Shown piece after piece: positions 46,571 through 58,803 of a DNA stretch of 64,000 nt. Under the pieces are notes generated by a model that was not told where the DNA came from, did not search any database, and saw only the letters and a list, made by a program, of their open reading frames with translations. A program made the translations under genes and the position numbers. The DNA comes from Takakia lepidozioides (Eukaryota > Plantae > Bryophyta): assembly GCA_030704615.1 (NCBI GenBank), contig CM060733.1, forward strand, positions 28,706,001-28,770,000, given 5' to 3'. The number at the start of each line of letters is the position of its first letter. The first letter of the stretch is position 1.

Positions 46571-48819
46571 TGGTAGCATTGTCCCTTTCTGAAATACAAG
46601 TCCGCAATGGACTAATGCACAGTCTCCCAACGGACTCCTCCAGTCTCCCAACTGACTCCCACATAGTCTCTCAAGCATAGTCTCCCAACGGACTTACGCA
46701 CAGTCTCCCAACAGAGTCACAGTCAACAGACTGCGAGCGCCAGTAAGCCAGTCTGCTGGTCAGTCTGCTGCCCACTCCAAAAGTCTCCTCACCACACTTC
46801 CACCTCATCCCTGCAACTCTTCCTGCAGACTGCTGGACAGACTAAGTCTCAAGCAGACTCATCCACAACAGCAGACTCAAAATGGACAGGCTCCAGTGGA
46901 CTACCTCCCTAACGACTCATGCCAATCCAGCGTCCCAGCGGACTCATGGACATGGTGCCTACCAGACTAGGTACCAGACCCAGCAATCCTAGCCTCGGCA
47001 GCGTACTGCTCACACATTCAAGATCAGCAGACTCGGGTGCATAGTGCATGGAAAAATTGACACCATTGTGTCCATTGAGTTTAGTGACAACATTACAAAA
47101 CATGCCAGCACCCACAGTACACAAAAGTGCTCATCACCACTGGAATAATATGCGAAAAGACTCGCATTTTTTATTTCGGTACATAGACTTCACATGACAA
47201 GTACATCATACTCATGAGAGCAGTTTCTCTACATTGTCCAACCCCCGCACGATATACTGGGCACACTGCATTCGCTGCCCAAGTGCAAACTTGAAAGTAA
47301 ACCAGTCCTTCGTGAAAGGTGTTCCTCTCTCTGGCTTTGCAGTCTTGGAGACATTTGCTCTGACTTTTACCCACTCATAAAACACTTGAATGAATGACAT
47401 GACGTAAAAACCACACTCCCAGCTGAATGGTTGTTGGGGCACATCAGGTGCGTGGAACTGAAATGCTTGGACAATCTCATGCCACTCTGGTGAGTCCATC
47501 GAGTACCCTAAGCACTCAGCATGAAGCTTCTGAATCCACCCTAGAACAAAGGGACATTTATGCGAGTCCCTGATAGAGTTCAGGTGAGTGTAACAGCCCT
47601 TGCGGAGGTCGATGATACAAACACTCCACTACAACAGATGAGCGTTTTTATGACTGCACATATGACTATTTTTTCAGTCCTATATGCGTTCATGACTACA
47701 TCACTCTGTAGTGAAAAAAGCCCTGTCATAGCGACTAGTTGTTTAATTTAATAATGCTATATAAAATAAAATAGATTAAATGATTTAAATTCTTCATTAC
47801 ATGGTGAAATTCCGATATAAAAACAGAATGGACCCCTCTTGCATACTAGCAACCACAATGACAGTCAAAATAGACAAGTACAGGGGAATACACGCCCTGT
47901 AAATTATATTACAAAAATCCAAATGAGACCACTGTCCCAATGGATACCTCAAAGGCCACAAGGTCCAAAAATCCATGCCTGAAAAGGCCCAGTAAGCAAA
48001 AAATAAGCAAGCCCACACACATGGGTTGTAGTACTAGTTTGTTCTGGTGCTACTAGAATCAAAGACCATGTTAAACAGTGCAATACTTCTTGATACGGTC
48101 GATTCTGATAAGAGAGAAAAACAGGGTGAAATGTGTTGAAGAAGGTGCCTTGATTAACAGTGCCTGATTTGATCAATTGTGCCGCTATTGCTGCGGCTTC
48201 CAGTTGACCATCGACCCATGCAGGTTTCTTGTACCTATCCTTCCACAGGGAATCATAGGTAATCTGGAGCTTGAAATCCGGCCCTCTTGGATGAATCTGG
48301 ACCCACACTCTATCCCTGCTCCTTTAGTTATCCATGCCCCTGCACAAATCATGCATACATCCTCGCCTTGCTGCTAGCAGCTGAGAATGATAGCCTAGAA
48401 TTGCTTGAGCAAACACCCCAACCCTACTTATCACACTAGTTCCTATGTTGACTTACGTCTGCTTCCAAAAAACATTCACCTTTTGCCTCGATTGTTCCAC
48501 CATTGACTGAGGTCGGAAACGTATTCATTTCAGAGCTTCTCCTCGAGTCTCTGTTATCTATTTTTTGATACTTTCCTGTCGACCACATTGGCAGTAACAT
48601 GTCAAAATCACTCCAAAACCACCATAGATCCACCAACGAGCTAACTTGCAGAATTCAACATGAAAATTTAGGGACGACTCTGATAGCAGGGGAAAACAGG
48701 GTGAAATACGTTGAAGAAGGTACCTTCATTAGCAGCACCTTATTCTATGAATTGTGCTATTGCCGCTGCTGTTTCCAGTTGACCATCTACCCACTTGTAG
48801 CCGCTGTGCTATTGAAGAA

Positions 48820-49010
48820 CGAGCCCCCTTCCCCCATCATTTGCTCATAGGTCTCCAAAGCCTCCATCCCGCACCCCCTACCTTGCAAGCATCGCACTCC
48901 ACGACACCACATCTCGTTCAGCCATAGTGTTGAACACTCCCTTGGCATCCTCGATGCACCCACATTTGGCATACGTGTCCACCAGGGCAGGGGCAATGTT
49001 CAGAACCTAA
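48820..49010 (-). pseudogene. PLS-PPR fragment inside Pack-CACTA 2
   Basis: LVDTYAKCGCIEDAKGVFNTMAERDVVSWSAML...ALETYEQMMGEG. Confidence 0.8.
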
Positions 49011-49071
49011 ACCGTGCACAAAGGTTGAGTATTGGAGGTTGGCAAAGTCTGAGTATAGGTAGGAACAGTAC

Positions 49072-49246
49072 TGTGGGCTCTGCCAGTCTTCTCGCACAAG
49101 AAAACGTCACCAATTTGATGGTACGTACAGGTTCTACCAGAGCACCAATGATCACCAGCATATACGTCAGTCATGCTTTGGCTGCGCCGCCATGCTGTCA
49201 CTTGGTCTGCAACCGATGTATCCACCACCACAAGATCATCATGTAC
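49072..49246 (-). pseudogene. Captured single exon of an F-box protein SKIP31-like gene
   Basis: VHDDLVVVDTSVADQVTAWRRSQSMTDVYAGDHWCSGRTCTYHQIGDVFLCEKTGRAH matches the recalled SKIP31 pattern (C.Y.QIGDVF.CEKTG..H); bounded by TTCTCAG and GTACTG. Confidence 0.72.
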
Positions 49247-52200
49247 CTGAGAACCGAAAAAATCCACAAAACCATCTAGGTCTTTAGCTCTGTTGACCAG
49301 CAGAGGTAGCCGAGATCAGAAGCATAAATGCCATGATCACAGCCCTAGATAGCAAAACCAAGGGGACAAAATGCTTTGGAAGGAAAACTTACAGCTTGCA
49401 CCAGAGGGCCTCATCAGATGCAATGCTTCGTAGGAACCGGCACACACTTGAACATGTAGAAAGATCTTGCACAAAGATGCAATCCCAACCAGGTCACACA
49501 ACCTCCAAAATATGAAAAGTTCATTACTTTTACAGCGGAAAGCCAGACTTTCAGCACTGCCCTGACGCCCAAGACAACAGGGCCTCGGGTCGCAACATGA
49601 CTGGTGATCAAAATCATGACAGACATTCACCTTTTTGGCTCGGTTGTCCCACCATTGACTGGGGTCAGAAAAGTATTCATTCCACAACTTCTCCTCATCT
49701 CTATTACCTCTTTTTGGATACTTTCATGTTGTCACATTGGCAGTATCATGTCAAAGTCATTCCCAACTATCCCATGTTCACTCAACCAGCTAACTTGCAG
49801 AATTCAACATGAAAATTTAGGGCCGATTATGATAAGAGGGAAAAACAGGGTGAAATGTGTTGAAGAAGGTGTTGTCATTAGCAGACCATCTTCTCATTAG
49901 CAAATGTCTTGTAGCTGTTGATCCACAGGGAATCAGAAGTAATCTTGTGTTTGAAATCCGGCCTTCTTGGATGAATCTGGACCTCTATCCCTGGTCCTTC
50001 AGCTATCCCTGCCTGTGTACAAATCATGAATACTTAATGTAAGCAGCTGACACTGACGGCGTGAAGTTCTTCCAGCAAACACCCCAACCCTAATTATTAC
50101 AGTAGTTCCAATTCTGAATTGCATCTGCTTCTCTCTTGTATAGTCCAACAGGCATTCACCTTTTTGTCTCCATTGTCCCGCCATTGACTGGGGTCGGAAA
50201 AGTGTTCATTCCAAAGCTTCTCCTCATCTTTGTTACTTATTTTTGGATACTTTCATGCTGCTACATCGGCAGCAACTTGTCAAAGTCACTCTAAACCACC
50301 ACAGATCCGCCCAACAAGCTAACTTACAGGATTCAATATGCATCTCAGGGCCGAGTCTGATGAGAGGGCAAAACAGGTTGAAATAGGTTGGTGCCCTCAC
50401 CACATTGTTCTTGACCTTGTGTCATGACCCATGGAGGATTTGACCGACCATCAACCCAAAAGGACCTCTTGTGTGTGCTGCTTGTGTCCGTAGTCAGGTT
50501 ATGTCGGATTGGTCTGTGAGAACCGCCACGGTGCAGCTGAGCAGGCAGAGATTGAAACACGGCCTGCTAAGACCAAGCTGACTCTCCCAAGAACCTTGTA
50601 AACATCAGGAAGAATACCAAATCATGGTACTAACAGGAGCCAAGAGCCCACATTTGCAGGATGGACAAACTTCTTCATATCGTACATTAAGAAAAAGCCA
50701 GACCTTGCGATTGCGGTTGTCCCACCATCGTGAAGGATCTTTAAAAAACTCATGCCAGCTCTGCTCCGTGCTCCAAGGTAGAGGTTTGTGCTCGAAAATC
50801 CGACAGCATCGACACTTTGACAAGGTCCTTTACTGAGGGGTGCTAGTGAGCTTTCAACAACATTCATGCAACTTGTTTTGGGCTCCATTGGGCTCTAGAC
50901 GATGAGGAACAACGAACATTTCCAGACTTTACACAGATGCTAACCCAGCTTATGTTTGCAGTCTGGAGATTGTAGAGTAGTCTCTGAAAACGACCAGGGA
51001 GGATGGCGCTGAGCAGCCAGAGTCTTTTACCATAATAAGGTCGTTGCGGTGGGTCCCGATGAGCGGCTTCACCGCCAGACCAGGGCGGCCCTCGGCCCTA
51101 TGTCCCAGACACCGTGTCTGTAGTCAGGTGATGTCAGATTGGTATGTGAGATCGAACCACCATGGTGCAGCTGAGCAGGCAGAGATTGAAACACGGCCTG
51201 CTAAGACCAAGCTGACTCTCCCAAGAACGGCGAGCTTCTCCTCGTCTCGTCTCTCTCTCAAAAACGGCGAGCTCGCAAGAATATTGGGAGCTTCTCCTCC
51301 TCGACGAGATGACGAGAGATGTCGGATGATGTCGGAGTTGTCTCGTCTCCTCCTCCTCTTCTCCTTCATTTGCTCAAGAGTGGGTAGGTCTGCAAAGCCT
51401 CCATCCCACGCTCCAGCATCATCACGTTCCATGACACAACATCTCTCGCAGGCGCAGAAGGAAAAAAAAAGCCCAAGTCCCAGGCCTTTGTTCAGGGAAC
51501 CCTATAAGCAACTTTTTGATTTTTTTAAACCTTTTGCAAACCCTATAAGCAACTTTTTGAAAAAAAATTAACTTTTTACACTTTGATTAATTCTAGTGGT
51601 CATAGGCTATCCTACTACCATCATCATCCCCTTCTATTGTTGCATCTGCCAAAACTCTCAGCCCGGACTTAAGCGAATTTTCTCATGAAGTTCGATACAC
51701 CTAATCTTAAACCGTTAGATCTTAAACAATCTAGACCGTTAGATCTTATACAATCTATCGATTCAAAATAATTTCCATGTACAACCATGACCATTGCGTA
51801 TCTTAATCTCATATATCTTGCGATGCTTGTTAAGCCACGTCCATCCAGGTCCAATTTATTGAACAGATATCAAATCCCCACACATATTCAAAGCTGATAG
51901 GAATTTGTGGTAAACATGGATGGATGAGCTCATCCAATGGATGGATCCATTCATGTATATGCCTTCAAAATGACACGTGTAGTAATAGAATCATATAAAT
52001 GCCTTTAAAATGACACGTGTAGTGATGTAGTCATATATATAGGGTTATGAAACAACCTGCACTTATGCAGTCATAAGTTTACATGCCATGTCATGTTGTG
52101 GATGAACTCATCCAATGGATGAATACATTCGTGTATGTGGCTTCAAAATGACACGTGTAGTGATGTAGTCATATAATTAGAGCTGTGAAACCATCTTCAG

Positions 52201-53289
52201 TCATGGAGTCATAAGATTCCATGAAACGTCGTCCACGTGTAGTCAAACATATCACACTAGTCATATAAACCATCCCTGTCATCGTGGTCAACAATGTTTG
52301 ACCAATGCTCCCTAACTTTCCAGAGTCATGTAGTGATATCCATTACTACAGAGTGATAAAACTATGATTGCAACGCATTTCAGCGGTCTGTAGTCATATA
52401 CCTAGTGCAGTTTTTATGACTCCGCCAAAGCCGTAGTCCTAAAAACGCTCATCTCTTGTAGTGCTCCAATGCCCCCTGCAATGGTATCAAACAACATGGC
52501 GTCATTGCACAATCATGATGGGCAGACTCAGCAGACTGACACTCAGCAGACCGACCACTCAGCAGACTCAGCACTCAGCAGACTCAATCTTCAAACCTAG
52601 TCCACTGCACAAATACAGAGGTCAACTTAATCGCTCAGAGTCAAGACGACACTGCAAAACCAGACTATGACTCAGGAGACAGTCTCAGCAGACTCGGAAG
52701 AGTTCTTACTCGTCCCCAATTGGCACCAAAATGAAATCGCACTCTTTCAAGTCCTTGCCCAGTCATTCAGTGCTGAGGCAACCTTTCAAGACCTCCAGAA
52801 GGCTTTCATGTTGCCCCACCCCCAATGACTTCAACACCGTCCACGTCGACGTTGGAAGAATAACAATAGTGTTGGTGAACGCAGCCTCAACCGACTTCTC
52901 ATAGAATCGACACCATAGCTCCAGGAGTCTATCTGTGCACTCCGACTCAACCTTTTGGAGCGCCTTTATGTCATCCGGCGACAGTCCGCATTCAAACCGT
53001 GGGTTCCCTTCAAAAAACATCAGCATGGAATTACCCGCCTTCATGTGCAGAGCATGTGCTTTGCCAAACCGAGCACCCATCCTGCACAAAGCAGACCATC
53101 CTTCGGGAAGCCTTATGTACTGAACAGACTGACGTCAACATGGTACCAAACACTCTACAGGCTGAACAATTCATCAGACTGACAAGACTAACCACAACAG
53201 ACAATGATGAAACCAGCAGCAGATTGACCAGCGTGCAGACTGACCACAACAGAGCGCAAAACACTTAACGACAATGACAGACAAGGAGA

Positions 53290-56200
53290 CTGAGCACAGT
53301 ACTCACATGTGCTGCTCCAGGAAACGACCCACATCTTTGTCCATGTCCAAGGCCAGCTTGCGGTTCTTGTTGATAAAGACGCCAGACTTTTTCTTCGCCG
53401 GTCTCTTGGTACTCGGACCCTCCTCGACCTCCTCAGCATGGTCCACGACAGTCCGCTTCTTGGCTTTGCCTCTCCCCTGGGAAGCAGGGACAGCTGTAGG
53501 CGGGCTGGATAGAGCAGACAAACGTAGCGCTGCCGCCCTACTTCGCAACTGAGGCTGGTTAGCAGGTTTGTTTACACTTGCTGGACCTGTCTTTGCAGCT
53601 TTGTGGGTCGCATGCGTAGAACTGACCCGCGCATCGGGGGGCGTGCTCACCCCCACACCTTTCTTGGTTGTCAATCCCACGTTTGCAGCATGGGCGGAAG
53701 ATGTCATGTCTTCAGAAGTAGACAGTCTGCCGACGGAGGGACGAACATCCTGTGAGGATACCGAGCAAAATGACGAATTAGCCCAATTTCACAATGTGCT
53801 AAAACATAAACAATAGTGCTAAAAGAGGAAATGACACAACCTGCCCAAGGGGCGAGGGAGCAGACTCCATGTAATCCAGCGCTATACTAGACGGTGTCTG
53901 CGCCGCATATGGTTCCTTGTCAGTGTGCCTGCCAGCATGTTTAGTCTGTTGCTCAATGTGGGCAGTCTGCTCGACCGCCGGTTCTTCGTCAGTCCTTTCG
54001 TCTGTGAACTGTGCAGTCTGTTGGCAACTCTGCGGTTCAGTCTCTTCCTCAATGTGGGCAATGTGCTTGGTGGCAGGTTGGTCGTCAGTCCTTCCCTCTG
54101 TGAAGTGTGCAGTGTGCTGGTCAGGCCGTGCAGTCTGAACTGTGCAGTCAGAGCTGAGCTGTGCAGTCTGCCGCTCCGAGCCATCCTGGTCAGTCCTTCC
54201 ATCTGTGACCTGTGCAGTCTGCTGGTTAGTCTGCGGTTCAGTCTGCTCATCAATGAAGACAGTATGCTGCCCTGCCACAGGTTGCTCGGCAGTCCTTTCA
54301 TGTGTCCACTGTTCAGTGTGCTGGTCAATCTGGTGGACAGCCGGCTGGGTGTTCGGATCTCCATGGACTTGGGAAACATCAAGAACATGTATGGAAGACC
54401 CACCGGCAATTGCTTCCTCAGACTCTTCTGTAAGATCTATGATACGGTTTTGCGTTCCCAAATTGAGTTCGGTCATCACGTAAGACTCATCTATGGCTTT
54501 TGCCGGTGAGCGCACAAAAACGGGACTAAGCTGGAAGGTCATAGAAGGCAGGCCACGGGGAGCTGGATAAGAATGCTTTACCGGTGACCTGATGACGTCG
54601 TCAGTGAATGTGCCTGGGGGAAAAATGGACTCGGTCAAACACTCATACTGGCAGATCCAAAAACATGTTGTTGGGAACTCAGCAGAAATTCGTCCACAAG
54701 GTCCCGGTGAGGCCAGTGAATCCGAGTCTGTTGCACAATCCAGGGAACAGACTAGCTGTTAGTCTCCTGGATAGTCTGCTCGGCCATCTGATGAGTGGGT
54801 TCGCCAGTGTGCTGCACAGTCTGCTGAGGGGCAATCTGCTGGCTGAATTCGTCGGTCTGCTGTACGGTCTGCTGAGGGGCAATCTGCTGGCTGGATTCGT
54901 CGGTCTGCTGCACGGTTTGCTGTATAGTTTGCTGAGGGGCAGTCTGGTGGCCATGTTCGCTGGTCTGCTGCACAGTCGGTTGAGGGGCAGTCTGTTGGCC
55001 GATCTGTTCTCCGGTCTGCTGCAAAGTCTGCAAAGTTCGTTGCCCGCTCAACACTGTTTGCACAAATTGAGTATGTGTGTGCGGGGCAGTCTGCTAGGAG
55101 TGATCCGGCCTATTACCCGGGACGGTCTGGTGCACATGCTCGGTCTCCAGCACTTGGGCAGTCTGCCCACATGTGTCGTGGGGAATATGTTGTTTGACAT
55201 TCTTGTGGCCAGTCTGCTGGACAGTCTCCCAAACTCCTTGTAAAGCCAGGACAAGGTCCCTTGCACCTCTGGCAAAAGAGTCAAAAGCAGCCTGCACTTG
55301 CTTGTCTCCCAGATCAACTCGCCCTGCAACATATGTTTATGCAAATGTGAACTTCTAAAAAAGTTGGCAAAAGAAATTGAGCTGAAACACGAAAGTTGCC
55401 CATAATATTTTACCTTCCAAGAGATTTCCGACGAGGCCAATGTCCTTGATTTGCCGGCACAGGCATGCTCCATCGAGATGAGCAATGACGCCGATGCGGT
55501 CTTCAGTTGGGATCCCACACCACAGGACTTTGAAGACATTGGGATTCTGCAAAACAATGTCGAATACTGCTCGCTCCATCACCAATGCAAACCAGTGCAA
55601 TGCGTCATCCACCACAAACTTCTATGAATGGTCTGTTCCATGGAGTAAGTCCATCCTCAAACTATGCAGATCCTTCATCAACTTGTTGTATGAGCGGAAA
55701 TTGCCAAATTGCATCCATCTGTGTTGTAGGAAGGAAGCTGCCATGCGCTCAAAGTCCTCCTCAGTCAATCCGAACAAGTGCTTTCTTCGCACCCCAAAGG
55801 TTGGATGTGCCATAGGCATATGTCTGAGGTCTTCAGGCCGTGGGTCATCCATGAGAATCAGCTGCACAAGTAGAGGCGTCGCATTTTGGTCGCTTGTGGC
55901 TTCAATGGCAACAACAGAGGCGGCTTCTAGAACATGGTTGGCTTCCTCAATAGAAAACTCCATGGAATAATGAAAGGGTACAAATGACCACCAGCGGTCC
56001 GCAACAATCCGGTGGAGCTCATTATGCCAATCCAAATGGGGATTAATTTCTCTCACCCTAAGTCGGGGAAGTGTGAGGTCTTCAGCTCCGGGTCGAATTA
56101 CCGGTGATGGCGATCGCCAAACTGCAAAAAGCGCCGTGCTATGTGAGAGAAAGGAAGTCTGCTGGTCTGCAGTCTGTTCGATGATAGGACTTCCCATTGG

Positions 56201-56611
56201 CATGGGCTGTATGATGGGCTCCTGGAGAGGAGTCTGCAGGATGACAGGCTGCTCGTTGGGAGTCTGCTCCGTTGGAGTCTGCTGGATGACAGGCTGCTGA
56301 ATGGGAGTCTGCTGGATGACGGCCTGCTGAATGGGAGTCTGCTGGATGGCAGACTCGGCTGTCCCAGACGCATTACCCCCCGATGCGTCTTGAATATGTA
56401 ATGTCGCTATAGCAGCAGATGACCCAGGATACTTCAATAATATGTACTCTCGCACGCGGTCCACTTCCGCACGCACTGCAATCGCTTGTAAAAGAGCATC
56501 ATTGCTAGGTATCCGCCAAGCCTGAATGGCCCTACGAATAGAAACACGTTCATCCTGGTACACGGCAGAGAACTTGGACGTCAGGAACATGGACGTGGAC
56601 TCTATATTCAC
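53290..56611 (-). pseudogene. MULE accessory coding region(s) upstream of the Ulp1 domain, with Gln/Thr-rich repeats
   Basis: Successive minus-strand ORFs 55622-56611, 55355-55615, 54752-55063 (QQTAPQQTVQQTDE repeats), 53799-54638 and 53303-53707 (basic NLS-like patches); frameshifted; probably one long spliced gene with the Ulp1 domain. Confidence 0.6.
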
Positions 56612-56859
56612 CTCATGCAGCAGACTGGACTCACAGACCAGCAGACTGTAACGTGCGTACGTAGGGTGGAGGCAACTAGTAGACTATACCAGTGGACTGG
56701 ACCAACGGACTCAGTAAGTAATGCAGCGATATAAAACAGACTAATTGACGAGCGGAGTGAGCCAGCGGACTGAGGAGAGAATGCAGCGGACTGACCAGAC
56801 TGAATAGGCAACGTGACCCCGATGATGGACTCAAACAGCACAGAGAACAGACTGGGCGG

Positions 56860-57752
56860 TCAGACTGACCATTACCTCCTCTACTTCATCATCGTCATCT
56901 TCATCTTCAAAGCTGTTCAACCAGTTCTGTTCCGCCTGTCGGATGAATGTGCGTAGCAGACCTGACTGGGCAACTCTGTAGAAATAACGGAAGAAGTCTG
57001 GTATCCCCAATTGGTGGGCACTCTGGTGGGAAAAGCCCAAAGTCAACGAGGTGCAATGTGCCAGGGCAGACTGGCCCTTCAGTGCTCTGTTGAGTTTTTG
57101 GTTTTGACCCTAAACCGATGGCATGGGTCGCGATATTTGTGTGAGTCTGCTGCCGAGTCTGGGTCTGCCGCCCAGGACGGGGTTCAGTCTGTTGCGTGGA
57201 TTTTGCCCTTGCCTCGCGAGCAGATCTTGCAGCCTTCTTCTTTTTTTGCCTCTCCTTTTTTTGGGCCCCATCACTCAGTTTACGTTTTCTGGGAGCGTCC
57301 GGCGTTCCCTGCACTTGCAAATCCTCCATTGACGGGCCACCACAATGGACGCCATACCGTGCGTGCACTTCGTCTAATTCCAAAGTGCGGGGGTCAAGCA
57401 CTGATCCGCACAAGCGCATTGTGGCCTCTTTGACAATCAACATTTCTTTCAGTATCGGCCAAGGCTTGAAATCCCGTGGAATCATTGCAACAGTCTCCTT
57501 GCAACCCGTGTCAACACAATGCCGATTTAGTTGGATTTTGTCCTTGATAACCTCTTCACAGAAGGGACAGAAGAGCTTGTCCTTTTGCGAATTCGAGTTT
57601 TTGGGGTTCTGGGCGTGGAGGTCTACAAATGCTTCCATTATTTTATGATCAAACTCGTCTGGTGAGTACCAGTACCTTCGTTCCTTCTTCAGTCTGGTTT
57701 GGTGCACAAAATCCACCCAGTCCGCTCCACCCTTTTCACAAGCATCCTCCAT
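56860..57752 (-). CDS. Orphan MULE-borne ORF with putative zinc finger, basic NLS and acidic tail
   Basis: Within ORF 56907-57836: MEDACEK...FCPFCEEVIKDKIQLNRHCVDTGC; RKRKL...KKERQKKKK; acidic FEDEDDDDEVEE in an overlapping frame (56831-57046), implying a frameshift. Confidence 0.55.
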
Positions 57753-58660
57753 TGCTGCAGAATGAAACGAAGGTGCAAGGACAATGAGCGACAGAGCGAC
57801 AGATAGAAGTCCTATGAAAAGACTCACCCTAAGCAAGAAGAGGACACAGAATAGAATGGAAACACCGCAACAAGTGAGAACATCACCGAGCCGATGAACT
57901 TCGAGTTGTTACGAAGGCGAGCGTGTTTGCGACGCTTCGCGGCTCACCGCGACTCTCCACACCTGGGGAAGAACGGTCGTCTTTCGTTACGGTGATGGAA
58001 ACGCAAAGAGGAAAACAAAACAGTGCAAAACTGTGCGAAGAAACAGGCGCGAAGATAATGGAGTCGATCGCACAGGGAACATGAGAAGAAAGTAGAAGTA
58101 GAAGGGGGAAATCGGGCATGGCACTGCCAACGTGGCGCGATTTCACAGGCGCCAACTATCCGCCGTCATCACATTGAATACGTCCACCGAACGAACGCAT
58201 CGTACTAAATTCATCCACGGTCCTCGCAAGTGCAGCAGACTCATTTCCCATCGGGCCGAGAGTCCACCGGACCGCCAGTCCAGCGGACTATTCGCTTTGC
58301 TGAGGCGAAGCGGCTTCATATTGGAGGCACTTCCCTGCCAGCGGAATGAAGACAAAAGAGAGTAAGGGGAGAACATGAAAGTCGAACACACCCATTGCGA
58401 ATAGACTCGCGGCACAACAGACTGATGCATGTACAGTCCAACAGACTGATATCCATAGAGGAGAACTGTCCAGCAGACGGACGTTTCGCCAGACTGGCGG
58501 GAGAACAAGCCAAAAGACTGACCGGAGGGAAAATAAGAAGTCAAACAGATTTAGTACAACAGACTTCCAACACAACAGACTGACACATTCACAAGTGCAA
58601 CAGACTGATATCCCAACAGACGGACTTCCAGCAGACCGCACAGACTCGCGACACAACGGA

Positions 58661-58803
58661 CCTCAAACATCCACACGCATTTGCAGATGCAATTGTCTCA
58701 GCCTGGTCCGTCTCTTGGCAAATGCGACAATGTACCGATTCTGCACCTACTCCCGTCGTGGCTCAGACATCTGCATTCAGCAGGTGCGTGTGGATGTTTG
58801 AGG
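58661..58803 (+). other. Imperfect ~143-nt hairpin (pre-miRNA-sized) inside the giant MULE
   Basis: CCTCAAACATCCACACGCA...TGTCTCAGCC pairs with GGCTCAGACA...TGCGTGTGGATGTTTGAGG; 19-bp perfect basal stem. Confidence 0.7.

Larger units (their letters stand above)
47627..52463 (-). mobile_element. Pack-CACTA element 2 (4.8 kb), cargo in the opposite orientation to element 1
   Basis: TIRs CACTACAACAGATGAGCGTTTTTA and TAAAAACGCTCATCTCTTGTAGTG; perfect TSD CTC (47624-47626 and 52464-52466); 48080-51570 is homologous to 39550-43200 in reverse complement. Confidence 0.93.
47171..53100 (-). pseudogene. Ulp1/C48 SUMO-protease-like domain of the giant MULE, split by Pack-CACTA 2
   Basis: Exon ~53100-52710 ends ..CDFILVPIG; GHW at ~52474-52466 rejoins across the CACTA to SVCIIDL...THLNS...VPQQPFSWECGFYVMSFI (47626-47212), giving His, Asn/Asp, Gln and Cys of the C48 signature. 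Confidence 0.8.

Noticed and set aside
53882-55243. Long plus-strand and alternative-frame ORFs (e.g. 53925-54509, 54608-55243)
   Set aside because: Shadow frames of stop-poor CAG/ACT repeats in the minus-strand accessory gene.
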